A stretch of 62,961 nt of DNA from sequence record DRR723986_9837; one strand, 5' to 3'. The translations under genes were made by a program, and so were the position numbers. Positions within the stretch are counted from its first letter, which is position 1. Each line of letters begins with the position of its first letter. Below the pieces are notes generated by a model, which did not search any database, was not told where the DNA came from, and worked only from the letters and a program-made list of their open reading frames with translations. Below are positions 29,019-38,449 of this stretch, piece by piece.

Positions 29019-30122
29019 TTAGTGGCTATGTTCAGCAGAAGACTTTCCCATCTCCGCCTTGAGTAAAAAGGTATTGCCCGCCGCGACAACTTCCCCTGCA
29101 TGCAGACCGTCGAGAACCTCAACCCTTTGCCCATCAGAACGACCGGTGTTCAAGTGCCGCACTTCGAAGCCTTTGCTACCATCAGGCACCTTTACCTGAA
29201 CAAACACAGATGGTTTGTTCTCGATCAACAGGACAGAACTCTCGGGCACGGCAACTGCCACACTGTGCTCAGTGAGAGAAACTTCCACAGTGACGAACAT
29301 CCCCGGTGGCCACTGCTGCTGTTGGTTAGATAGTTCCAGACGCGCGTGTCCGGACCGCGTTGCTTCCGATAAGGTAGGGCGGATGTAGGTAATCCGTGTA
29401 TCGAGGCGGGCATCCGTCGATTGTGAGAGGACGGTCGCTGGCATCCCTACCTTGAGTGCCGCCAATAGCCTTGGCGGCACAGCAATATTGGCCCACGTTG
29501 ATTCGAGATTACCCAGTTTGAAAAGCACCTTTTCGCTCGATACGAACTCCCCCTTGGTAGCGTCCTGATCAATGATGACACCATCAATTTCGGCCTTTAC
29601 TTGATAGTTGGATAGACTCTCGTTGCTTTGGACGGTTGCCAGGACCTCGCCAGCTTGAACAGTATCGCCAAGCATCTTGCGGACACGCGTGAGCGTGCCG
29701 GGAAAGCGTGGAACAACATGAACCAGGGTATTGCCATTGATGACTGTCTCCCCATAGAAACTCTGTCGCTCCTGAATGACCGCAGGTGCAGCAGGGACGA
29801 ACTCAATTCCTTCTCGTTTTGCCTTCTCCCAAGAATACTGCAAGAACTTTTGAGACGATTCACTGTGCTCATCATGCTTTTGGTTCGGTTTAGTGTGAGA
29901 AGCGTTGTCATGATCACTAAGTGGATTGCTCTTGTGAAAAGTTGCGTTATCCGATTCTGGATCGCACGCTTCCCGATCCGCAGCACAACGACCCGCGTGT
30001 GAGCCGTGATCCTGGTCGGCGTGACCCGTTTCTTCTTTAGCACTGACACACCCTCCACCGACGAGGACCAAGCAGAGTAGGAACACGAGTTTAGAAATAG
30101 TTCTGTGGGGCTTATTGGTCAT
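29019..30122 (-). CDS. czcB: CzcB-type RND periplasmic adaptor
   Basis: MFP motifs (PRFPG, WPPGMFV, FLLKAEMGKSSAEHSH). Start placed at ATG 30122, overlapping the czcC 3' end; the track start is 30368. Confidence 0.87.
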   Translation of the reverse strand: MTNKPHRTISKLVFLLCLVLVGGGCVSAKEETGHADQDHGSHAGRCAADREACDPESDNATFHKSNPLSDHDNASHTKPNQKHDEHSESSQKFLQYSWEKAKREGIEFVPAAPAVIQERQSFYGETVINGNTLVHVVPRFPGTLTRVRKMLGDTVQAGEVLATVQSNESLSNYQVKAEIDGVIIDQDATKGEFVSSEKVLFKLGNLESTWANIAVPPRLLAALKVGMPATVLSQSTDARLDTRITYIRPTLSEATRSGHARLELSNQQQQWPPGMFVTVEVSLTEHSVAVAVPESSVLLIENKPSVFVQVKVPDGSKGFEVRHLNTGRSDGQRVEVLDGLHAGEVVAAGNTFLLKAEMGKSSAEHSH

Positions 30123-31443
30123 TGCATGCTCCTTGATCCAGTTGATTGAGTCGTTCTTGAAGCGTTCCGCTGAGCCGTTGTATGTCAACTTGTTCGCGAA
30201 TCGCTGAAAGCGTGATAGTGACAAGACGCTCACGACGGTCAAGATAAGTTGTCTGAGCATCGAGGTAGTCAAGATAGTTAATGCGACCGAGCCGATAGGC
30301 ATCGGTAGCGGACGTAAGCACGCGTGCTGTCTGCGGCAAAAGACTTTCCTGAAGAAGCTCTCGTTCAAATAGGAGCAGCCGCAATCGATCGCGACGGGAT
30401 GCGAGCTCCGTAGCGACCCTAATCTGAGTGCTGGCGAGATTGAAATGACTTGCCCTTAGTTTCTCATCCGCTCCCTGGGAGGCGAATTGATTGCGGTCAA
30501 ATAGTGGCAGAGGAATCGCCACGCCTGCCACGAACGCATGATCGTCTGTGGAATCAAAGCGTCGAAAACCGGCTGAAACCGTAACGTTGGGAATGGCTAA
30601 GGCACGTTGCAAATCAGCAGATTTTGTCGCGGCAACCCGTTGAGCAGTTGCATAAGCGACATCAGGAGTCCTTTGCACATCCGTCGCCGAAAGCTCAGCT
30701 TGCGGATCGTGGAGAAGTAGTTCGCGGCCGCTGAAAGTGACATCCGAAGAATTTCCGCCCCACAGCGCCGTCAATCTTCGTTTTGCTATCTGCAGCTCCT
30801 GCGTTCTTTGCTTGCGAACAACTTCGGCGGTTTGAAGCGCCACATCTGCTTTGTCAACTTCAAGTCTGAGGGCTCCACCGTGCGAAGACTTGCGTGAAAC
30901 AAGGCGCAGCGCCTGCCTGAGAATCTGAACCTCTTTTTCAGATAGTGCCAGTAGAGACTTGGAAGCAATCACCTCTGCATAGGCGATACGAGCTTTTGCA
31001 AGTATCTCTGCCGTAGTGATATCACAACGTATGTCAAATGCGTCGGCATTGGCCTTTGCAACGGAAGAGCGTGCTCCTCGCTTGCCCGCCGTTTCGATCA
31101 ATTGAGAAATCCAGCCGGTCAATTCTAGGTCGTCTTCGGAATGGTTCCCGCCAAAGTCCTCTGCCTCAAAGGTTATGATGGGATTGGGTAGCCGAGCAGC
31201 TTGCTGAGTCTGAGCACGCAGTGAACGCAGTGTCGCTGACTGACTCTGCAACTGTGGATTTCCAGACTGGATTCGTTCTACGACCTGCGAAAAGCATGAA
31301 ATCGTTGTAGTTAATCGGTCAGTTGAGTCCGTGCTGTCTTCAGAGAAAGGGCTCTGGGCGATTGCTACGTTAACGGTAGTCAACAAAATAGCAACGGACG
31401 CCAGCAACCCGAATGTCGGATTCTGTTTCATCGTCTGATTCAC
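30112..31443 (-). CDS. czcC: CzcC/TolC-family outer-membrane factor
   Basis: LPNP, IETAGKRGAR, IPLPLFDRNQ, AYRLGRINYLDYLDAQ. Start is GTG 31443 or ATG 31431. Confidence 0.9.
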   Translation of the reverse strand: MNQTMKQNPTFGLLASVAILLTTVNVAIAQSPFSEDSTDSTDRLTTTISCFSQVVERIQSGNPQLQSQSATLRSLRAQTQQAARLPNPIITFEAEDFGGNHSEDDLELTGWISQLIETAGKRGARSSVAKANADAFDIRCDITTAEILAKARIAYAEVIASKSLLALSEKEVQILRQALRLVSRKSSHGGALRLEVDKADVALQTAEVVRKQRTQELQIAKRRLTALWGGNSSDVTFSGRELLLHDPQAELSATDVQRTPDVAYATAQRVAATKSADLQRALAIPNVTVSAGFRRFDSTDDHAFVAGVAIPLPLFDRNQFASQGADEKLRASHFNLASTQIRVATELASRRDRLRLLLFERELLQESLLPQTARVLTSATDAYRLGRINYLDYLDAQTTYLDRRERLVTITLSAIREQVDIQRLSGTLQERLNQLDQGACNDQ

Positions 31444-31514
31444 AATCGAATTGAGTCATAAACCGGGCCGATTACGCCCGAGCATAAACGTACGAATTGG
31501 TTGGAATCAGACGA
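31431..31514 (-). promoter_or_regulatory. Predicted hairpin pairing the L5 stop region with the czcC start region
   Basis: Perfect 11-bp inverted repeat TCGTCTGATTC (31431-31441)/GAATCAGACGA (31504-31514), with an inner CGGGC/GCCCG stem. One arm holds the L5 stop codon; the other touches both candidate czcC starts. Confidence 0.65.
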
Positions 31515-31875
31515 GAATGACGGTGAATTTCTGGGAACGCAGATGCGCCGAGATAGTGTTCCCCGAGATTGTAAACAGCCGTTCGTCCACTCGTACACGG
31601 TAAGGCTGTTCCGGCTCCTGACGAACGGCTAGGACCCCGCCTGGTGCAGCAGCTTGGTTCTCGAGGGAATTTCCGCTGACCGCAATGTTTGTTTCGCGTG
31701 CAGGGCAGGTGCAACCTTCGCACTCGCAGAGTTTATGCTCGTGAACGGGCGCCTCATTTTGCCACTGATCAGCGTGAGCGACATGAGGCGCGCAAAGTAT
31801 GTGCGAAGATCCCACCGCAAGGAGAAGAAAAACCAAGAAAATTGCCGTCAGGCGCTGGAAGAAACAGTCGCACAT
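31507..31875 (-). CDS. Cys-rich exported leader protein L5 (CzcI-like position)
   Basis: Hydrophobic N-terminus ..HILCAPH, CECEGCTCP, C-terminus FTVILV*. First gene before czcCBA. Confidence 0.68.
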   Translation of the reverse strand: MCDCFFQRLTAIFLVFLLLAVGSSHILCAPHVAHADQWQNEAPVHEHKLCECEGCTCPARETNIAVSGNSLENQAAAPGGVLAVRQEPEQPYRVRVDERLFTISGNTISAHLRSQKFTVILV

Positions 31876-31959
31876 AATTTCCGAATGCTAGCACGATTAA
31901 GTCCCGGACTGCAAAGACTTTCCCGACGCTGGACAGAATGGCGATTCAGGGGCTATTGC

Positions 31960-34900
31960 TCAGGCGTTTTCTGCGAATCTTGGATCGCGGATACCCAGCT
32001 TGAGCTTCCATTCCATGACCGAGCAATAGAGCACGGGAACGACCAGCATTGTAATGACCGCGATGACCATGCCGCCAAAACTGGGGATGGCCATTGGGAC
32101 CATGATGTCGCTGCCTCGGCCCGTGGAGGTAAGTACCGGAATGAGTGCGAGAATGGTTGTCGCGGTTGTCATCAAACAGGGGCGCACGCGACGCAAGCCA
32201 GCAGTGACTGTGGCTTCGCGGGCATGTTCTGCACTGGTGATGCGATCGCGGCGGAAGCTATCCTCCAAGTATGAAGCTATCACCACGCCGTCATCGGTGG
32301 CGATTCCGAACAACGCAAGGAAGCCGACCCATACAGCGACACTGAGATTGATCGTTTGAACTTGAAATAGCTCACGCATATTCGTATCGAATAGACTAAA
32401 GTCTAGAAACCAATCGGTGCCGTATAGCCATAGCATGATAAATCCGCCTGACCATGCGATCATGATTCCGCTGAACACCAGCGATGTTGTGATAACGGAT
32501 TTGAATTGGAAGTACAGAATCAAAAAAATGATCCCCAGAGCCAATGGCAACACCAACGCCAGCGTCTTTTGCGAGCGTAGTTGGTTTTCGTAGTTTCCGG
32601 CGAAGGAATAGCTGACACCTGCAGGTAGAACCAGTTCACCGCTTTCAATCTTTTGTTGCAGAAAAGCTTGGGCATCCTCGACGACATCCACTTCTGCGTT
32701 GCCAGCCTTCATGTCGAACAGGACGTAACCCAACAGGAAAGTGTCTTCACTCTTAATGACCTGCGGGCCTCGGACGTAGCGAATGTCGGCCAACTGAGCG
32801 AGCGGAATCTGCTGTCCCATTGGTGTTGGCACGAGAATGCGTTCCAGCGACTCGGCGTCGTCTCGCAGTTCTCGTGCGTAGCGAACACGCACCGGATAGC
32901 GTTCGCGACCTTCGACGGTCGTGGTGATGCGACGCCCTCCGATTGCGACTTCGATCACGTCTTGAACGCTGCGGATATGCAGGCCGTAGCGTTTGATCGC
33001 GTCACGGTCGATGTCGATTTCCAGATACGGTTTTCCGACGATGCGGTCAGCGATCACGGCGGATGCCTGAACCGTGGGGACCTGTTTGAGTAGCCCTTCG
33101 ATTTGCAGTGCGACTCGTTCAATGGTTTCGAGGTCCGGGCCTTTGATCTTCATGCCCATTGGTGCCCGCATCCCGCTTTGCAGCATCACGATACGTGCGG
33201 CGATCGGTTGTAGTTTGGGAGCGGACGTGGTTCCGGGAATGTCAGCTGCTTCGGTGATCTTCTGCCAAATGTCATCTGGTGAATTGATTTCGTCTCGCCA
33301 CTGGCGGAACGGTTGACCGTGGGGGTCTTCGATCAATTCACCTTGCTCGTCGCGAGCATAGTCGTCGGCTCCTTCGTCGTAGCGAAACTTCAAACGGTTG
33401 CCGTTCTGGTCCGTCTTGTATTCTGACTTGTAGGTGATGAAGGTTTCAATCATCGAAATCGGAGCCGGATCGAGCGGACTATCGGCTCGACCGATCTTGC
33501 CAACGACGGAATCCACTTCGGGAATTGAAATCAAAAACTTGTTTTGCAGTTGGAGCACGTCCATTGCCTCGCCAATTGAAGCGTGAGGCATCGTCGTCGG
33601 CATATAGAGGAACGAGCCTTCATCCAACGGAGGCATGAACTCTTTGCCGATGCCGGGTAGTGTTTCACTTGCGGCTGTCCAAGGTCTTGATTCGCGAATT
33701 GTCGATTGCTCGATCCCGACATTCGATGCAAGTCTTGGGATGAACGAAAACACGCTGTCGAATCCAAGCCACGCACTGCCGCCAAAAAGCAGGATGACGG
33801 TTGGTATGGACAGGAACAACAGCTTGTGGGCGAGACACCATCGCAGAATTGGTTCGTAGAGGTAGCGTTGAAAGATCGTAAAGAAACCAAGCAGCCCGCC
33901 GATCAGCAGCCCGACAAACATGAGGTTTCGCGTGAGTCCTTTTTGCGGACCGAGTGGTAGCCAATGCTCCGTCAGGATGACTCCAACGACCAACACAGCG
34001 ATCGCACTGGCAACGTAAGGGGCGTAATGGTTGTAGTCTTTTGGGATGCGTGGTTCGAGCAGCTTGTACAGTCCAAGGCCGATGACGATGGCCCCGACCC
34101 ACCACGAAACGAAAAACATCGCCAGCACTCCTGCGGCGACAAGAGCGATCATTGAGTATTTGCGAAGCGAACCCGCCGGCATTCGGCCGCCCATCAGGAT
34201 GTGGGCTGCCGGAGGAATGATCGTGAGTGCCACGATGACCGATGCGGCGAGGGCAAACGTTTTTGTGAAAGCAAGAGGCCGAAACAGTTTGCCTTCCGCA
34301 GCAATCATGGTGAACACGGGAAGGAAACTGACTACCGTCGTCGAGACAGCGGTTAAAACGGCACTAGCAACTTCGTTCGACGCTCGGAAAATGACGTGTC
34401 CGCGATCTTCGTTAGGGTCAGCCTCGTCCAAGTGTTTGAGAATATTCTCGCACAGAATAATGCCCATATCGACCATCGTTCCAATCGCGATCGCGATACC
34501 TGACAACGCCACAATGTTGGCATCGACTCCGAAGGTCTTCATGGCAATGAACACCATCAAAACGGCCAGCGGCAACAATGCACTGATAAGAATGGAGCTG
34601 CGCAGGTGTAGCACCATAACCAAAATCACGATGATGGTGACGAGAATTTCCTCAGAGAGTGCGGTGTTGAGCGTGCCCAGCGTTTCGTAAATCACGCCGG
34701 TGCGATCGTAGAAGGGGACAACCCTGACTTGGGTGGTCGTGATCCAGTCCGGCCATTGGTCACGCGGTGTCCCTCGTAAATGCTGCACCCAGGAGTCGTG
34801 GTTGGGCGTCGAGCCAGTGATCGTGGGAAGTTCGTGCGAATTAGCATACGCATCGACCAGTTCAGCGGTGGTCCGTGTGTAATCGACCAGCACTTTGGAT

Positions 34901-35952
34901 GGCAAGCCGGGTGACACTTCCTCAATCTTCGCTTTAACGTTCTTGATAGCTTCGAGCGGATTGAATCCGTATCGCACAACGGTCACACCGCCGACAGCTT
35001 CGGCTCCTGCTTTGTCCAAGGCACCGCGACGCAGTGCCGGGCCAAGTGTAACGGTGGCTACATCCTTGATTGTGATAGGGACATTATCCGTGACTTTGAC
35101 TACCGTCTTTTCAATATCTTCGACCTGTTCGATGAAGCCAAGTCCGCGAATGACGTATTCGGCTTTATTGAGTTCGATGGTTCTCGCACCCACATCGACA
35201 TTGGTCATCCTCACCGACTGAAATACATCGGCGAGCGACACCTTGGCGGCTCGCATCGCATCCGGGTCAACGTCGATTTGATATTCCTGCACGAAACCGC
35301 CAATGGAAGCGACTTCGCTGACGCCTTCCGCAGAAGCCAGTGCGTAACGCACGTACCAGTCCTGAATCGTTCGCAGTTCATGCAAATCCCAGCCACCGGT
35401 TGGATTGCCGTCGGGGTCTTGGCCTTCGAGCGTGTACCAGAGAATCTGACCGAGAGCGGTGGCGTCTGGACCGAGCGTCGGTTGCACACCTTCAGGAAGT
35501 GTTCCAGCGGGAAGGCTGTTGAGTTTTTCCAGTACGCGAGAACGCGACCAGTAAAATTCCGCGTTCTCGTTGAAGATCACATAGATCGTCGAGAAGCCGA
35601 ACATCGAGTAGCTGCGAATTGTCTTGACCTCGGGGATGCCCAAAAGAGCGACCGTCATCGGATAGCCGATTTGATCCTCGACGTCTTGTGGGCTGCGGCC
35701 CATCCATTCGGTGAAGACGATCTGCTGGTTCTCGCCGATGTCAGGAATCGCATCGACGGGAACCGGATCGCGGGGTAGGCTGCCGACTTGCCAGTCGAAC
35801 GGAGCGACCATGATACCCCAGCCTATGATGGCCATAACAAGCAGAGCGACGACAAGTTTGTTGTGCAGGCAGAACCAAATGATGCCGCCAAGAATGGTTC
35901 GACGAGCGCTTTGAATATCGGCAGCTATATCATTGGAAGGTTCGGTCATCAA
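31960..35952 (-). CDS. cusA: CusA-type Cu(I)/Ag(I) efflux RND permease with large insertions (1330 aa)
   Basis: DAIPDIGENQ, GPDATALGQ, AIAIGTMVD. The Met-triad contexts LYMP, PISMIET and RIVMLQSG match the CusA three-methionine site. Confidence 0.92.
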   Translation of the reverse strand: MMTEPSNDIAADIQSARRTILGGIIWFCLHNKLVVALLVMAIIGWGIMVAPFDWQVGSLPRDPVPVDAIPDIGENQQIVFTEWMGRSPQDVEDQIGYPMTVALLGIPEVKTIRSYSMFGFSTIYVIFNENAEFYWSRSRVLEKLNSLPAGTLPEGVQPTLGPDATALGQILWYTLEGQDPDGNPTGGWDLHELRTIQDWYVRYALASAEGVSEVASIGGFVQEYQIDVDPDAMRAAKVSLADVFQSVRMTNVDVGARTIELNKAEYVIRGLGFIEQVEDIEKTVVKVTDNVPITIKDVATVTLGPALRRGALDKAGAEAVGGVTVVRYGFNPLEAIKNVKAKIEEVSPGLPSKVLVDYTRTTAELVDAYANSHELPTITGSTPNHDSWVQHLRGTPRDQWPDWITTTQVRVVPFYDRTGVIYETLGTLNTALSEEILVTIIVILVMVLHLRSSILISALLPLAVLMVFIAMKTFGVDANIVALSGIAIAIGTMVDMGIILCENILKHLDEADPNEDRGHVIFRASNEVASAVLTAVSTTVVSFLPVFTMIAAEGKLFRPLAFTKTFALAASVIVALTIIPPAAHILMGGRMPAGSLRKYSMIALVAAGVLAMFFVSWWVGAIVIGLGLYKLLEPRIPKDYNHYAPYVASAIAVLVVGVILTEHWLPLGPQKGLTRNLMFVGLLIGGLLGFFTIFQRYLYEPILRWCLAHKLLFLSIPTVILLFGGSAWLGFDSVFSFIPRLASNVGIEQSTIRESRPWTAASETLPGIGKEFMPPLDEGSFLYMPTTMPHASIGEAMDVLQLQNKFLISIPEVDSVVGKIGRADSPLDPAPISMIETFITYKSEYKTDQNGNRLKFRYDEGADDYARDEQGELIEDPHGQPFRQWRDEINSPDDIWQKITEAADIPGTTSAPKLQPIAARIVMLQSGMRAPMGMKIKGPDLETIERVALQIEGLLKQVPTVQASAVIADRIVGKPYLEIDIDRDAIKRYGLHIRSVQDVIEVAIGGRRITTTVEGRERYPVRVRYARELRDDAESLERILVPTPMGQQIPLAQLADIRYVRGPQVIKSEDTFLLGYVLFDMKAGNAEVDVVEDAQAFLQQKIESGELVLPAGVSYSFAGNYENQLRSQKTLALVLPLALGIIFLILYFQFKSVITTSLVFSGIMIAWSGGFIMLWLYGTDWFLDFSLFDTNMRELFQVQTINLSVAVWVGFLALFGIATDDGVVIASYLEDSFRRDRITSAEHAREATVTAGLRRVRPCLMTTATTILALIPVLTSTGRGSDIMVPMAIPSFGGMVIAVITMLVVPVLYCSVMEWKLKLGIRDPRFAENA

Positions 35953-36015
35953 AGCGTTGTATTCTCTTTACTAGTTTCCCCAAATGCGGCTGAAAGACCT
36001 GCACGACTCGTTCTC

Positions 36016-38427
36016 CTACCCGTGGTTGTGCCCGGCGTGCTCATCCGGCGTCGGCGTTTTCTCACCCAGCGGCTCGACCATGTCTGCACACTTGAGCATC
36101 GAAGCTCCGTAGTATGGATTGCGAACAGCGTCGTTCGCCTGAATCCAGCTTGCCCCACGCCCCTCAAACGCCATCGGGCAGTGAAGCTCGAACAATTGGT
36201 CACTGCCTGCCAATCCAAAAACACGTTGAAGCGTCAGTAGTTCATCAGAAAGAAGTGCGAATGCGGAACGAAGTGTCTTCAAGTCATTGGCCTTCGACAG
36301 TCGAGCCGTGATAGCGGAAAGACTATTCAACTCAGAATTCCACCGTTCCGCGGCTTTGCCCGTTAGGGATTGAGCGTTGATTGTGCTGACTGCCTGTTGA
36401 AGTCCAGCCACGGCGTTTGTTGCTGCCTTGGAATCATCTGCCGAAAGCGCCTGCGAGATCGCAAGATATGGATTGACGAGTTGCCTGAGTTGATTGCGGA
36501 AATCGGCGGTGACGTCGAGACTTTCTTCAGCCATTTCGTGTCGAGCGTGAGACAGTCCAAACATTTGCTGCAAGCGTTCTGCGTGTCGCTTCGTCACCAG
36601 ATAGACCCGGTCAGCGTCCTGTAGCGACTTCACATCTCGACCTTCTACGGCATCGTTTCTGAGCAGCATCGCAAACTCTTCGAGTTGCGCTCGCATGTCG
36701 CCGGATAACTGGTCAACCTTCAACGCGGCGATGCGTTGGCCGAGTTCATTGAACCCATTCTGGATTGCATCCAACTCGGCAGCTTCGATGGCTTCACCGA
36801 CTGCCTGCACCGACTCAATGGTTTGATGCAACTGCTTTTCCAATTCGTTTGGCAGGGACATCCCTTTGTGTTCAGCCATCTGCATTGGCTCACCGTCCGC
36901 AGCAGGTTTTTTCTCGCCACCGTGATCATGGCCTCCGCCTCCACCGCCTTCTGGTGTCATCATGGACGGCTTCGCTGAGATTTGCAGAGCGCTATCCAGT
37001 TTGAAGTTACCGTTGGTGACCACCAGTTCGCCTTCTTTCAAGCCCGCTTTGACAAGGTAATAGTCGCCGGCACGGGGGCCGAGCACAATTTCGCGACCTT
37101 CATAGGTTGGCTCTTCGGCATAAGGAATCTGCACGTAGACAATGGCTCGTGTTCCCGTGAGCAAGGCAGCGGAAACTGGAATCACCAGCGGCTTCGCCGT
37201 ATCGCTGGGTTCAGCTGTCACGTAGCCAAGTGTTTCAGCACGCACCAATGGCATTCCGCATACATCGCAATCGCCCGGCTGGTCCTTCACTATCTCGGGG
37301 TGCATCGGGCTGATCCATTTCCCGGCCAACGAAGAGTCCAGAACTTTTCCGCCCGCAGCGATCCTGGATTTCACTACAGCACGAACAAACATTTCCGGTT
37401 TCAGTCGTCCGTCCTCGTTTGAGACGTTGACTCGCACCTTGACCGTTCGCGTCGCTTCGTTAAGCACGGGGTCGATAAATGCTATGCGACCATGAAACAC
37501 TTCACCGGGGTAGGCTTCGGTTGTGAATTCGACATCCTGTCCGTAGCGAAGCCACGGCAGGTCGGATTCATAGGCATCCATTTGCACCCAATGGTAGTCC
37601 AAGTCGGCAACCGTATAGATGCGGTCTCCCGTGCGCACACGGTCACCTTCCTCACGGTGTTTCTTGACGACAATGCCACCGGCGGGAGAGTAAATCGTCA
37701 GGTGCGTGCTGGGCTTCCCACGCTGCTCGATTTCCTTTATCTGCTTGTCGGTGATACCCAGCAGCCTTAGCTTTTCACGAGCCGACTCGGCCAGATTCAG
37801 CGGTTCCACGAATCGTGAGGACGGTCGTTCCGCCTTAGATTGCAGTGCCGAAACGAGTTCTTCCTGAGCCGTGTAGAGTTCTTCGCTGTAAATGTATGCC
37901 ATGTGGTCGTCTTCATTGACTTCTACGCCTTCAAACTCGACGAACAATCGGTCCAAGCGACCAGCAACCCAAGCGGTGATATGGGCCAGTCGAGTCTGGT
38001 CGTATTCAATCTTGCCGACCATGCGAACGTCGGCAGTGACATAGCGATGAGCCACCGGGAGGGTCTGCACGTTCATCAGCTTCTTAACATCGGAACTGAT
38101 CGAAACGGTGCGGACGCCGCTAGCCGATCTTTTTACCGGCACCAAGTCCATTCCGCAGATCGGACAGCTCCCCGGTCCATCTCGCCGTATTTGGGGGTGC
38201 ATCGAGCATGTCCAAACCTGAGCTTCGCCTTCGCTGGCCGACGCGTGAGCATGACCGGAATGACCATCCTGAGCCGATGTCCCGTGAGCCATCTGACCAT
38301 CGCCATGCATCGAAATGCCCAGTAGCAAACCAACGCCGAGCAAAACCATGGCTTGGGCGATCCACAATTTGCCGCGATGCTGTTCGTAAAACTGACTGAG
38401 TCGATTCATTGCGGTTGCTTTATCCAT
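36016..38427 (-). CDS. cusB: CusB-type adaptor with heavy-metal-binding modules and a DUF3347-like C-terminus
   Basis: WTCSMHPQI..CPICGMDL, MFP core, WISPMHP..CDVCGM, HCPMAF..W.Q..NPYYG.SML.C. Confidence 0.88.
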   Translation of the reverse strand: MDKATAMNRLSQFYEQHRGKLWIAQAMVLLGVGLLLGISMHGDGQMAHGTSAQDGHSGHAHASASEGEAQVWTCSMHPQIRRDGPGSCPICGMDLVPVKRSASGVRTVSISSDVKKLMNVQTLPVAHRYVTADVRMVGKIEYDQTRLAHITAWVAGRLDRLFVEFEGVEVNEDDHMAYIYSEELYTAQEELVSALQSKAERPSSRFVEPLNLAESAREKLRLLGITDKQIKEIEQRGKPSTHLTIYSPAGGIVVKKHREEGDRVRTGDRIYTVADLDYHWVQMDAYESDLPWLRYGQDVEFTTEAYPGEVFHGRIAFIDPVLNEATRTVKVRVNVSNEDGRLKPEMFVRAVVKSRIAAGGKVLDSSLAGKWISPMHPEIVKDQPGDCDVCGMPLVRAETLGYVTAEPSDTAKPLVIPVSAALLTGTRAIVYVQIPYAEEPTYEGREIVLGPRAGDYYLVKAGLKEGELVVTNGNFKLDSALQISAKPSMMTPEGGGGGGHDHGGEKKPAADGEPMQMAEHKGMSLPNELEKQLHQTIESVQAVGEAIEAAELDAIQNGFNELGQRIAALKVDQLSGDMRAQLEEFAMLLRNDAVEGRDVKSLQDADRVYLVTKRHAERLQQMFGLSHARHEMAEESLDVTADFRNQLRQLVNPYLAISQALSADDSKAATNAVAGLQQAVSTINAQSLTGKAAERWNSELNSLSAITARLSKANDLKTLRSAFALLSDELLTLQRVFGLAGSDQLFELHCPMAFEGRGASWIQANDAVRNPYYGASMLKCADMVEPLGEKTPTPDEHAGHNHG

Positions 38428-38449
38428 ATCCTCGTCTGCGAATTGCTGC

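Noticed and set aside
30123-30368. Track N-terminal extensions of czcB (also those at 3526, 7211, 7793, 16130, 23792, 39394, 46475, 58286)
   Set aside because: They overlap upstream genes or promoters. Downstream starts with an RBS or signal peptide fit better.
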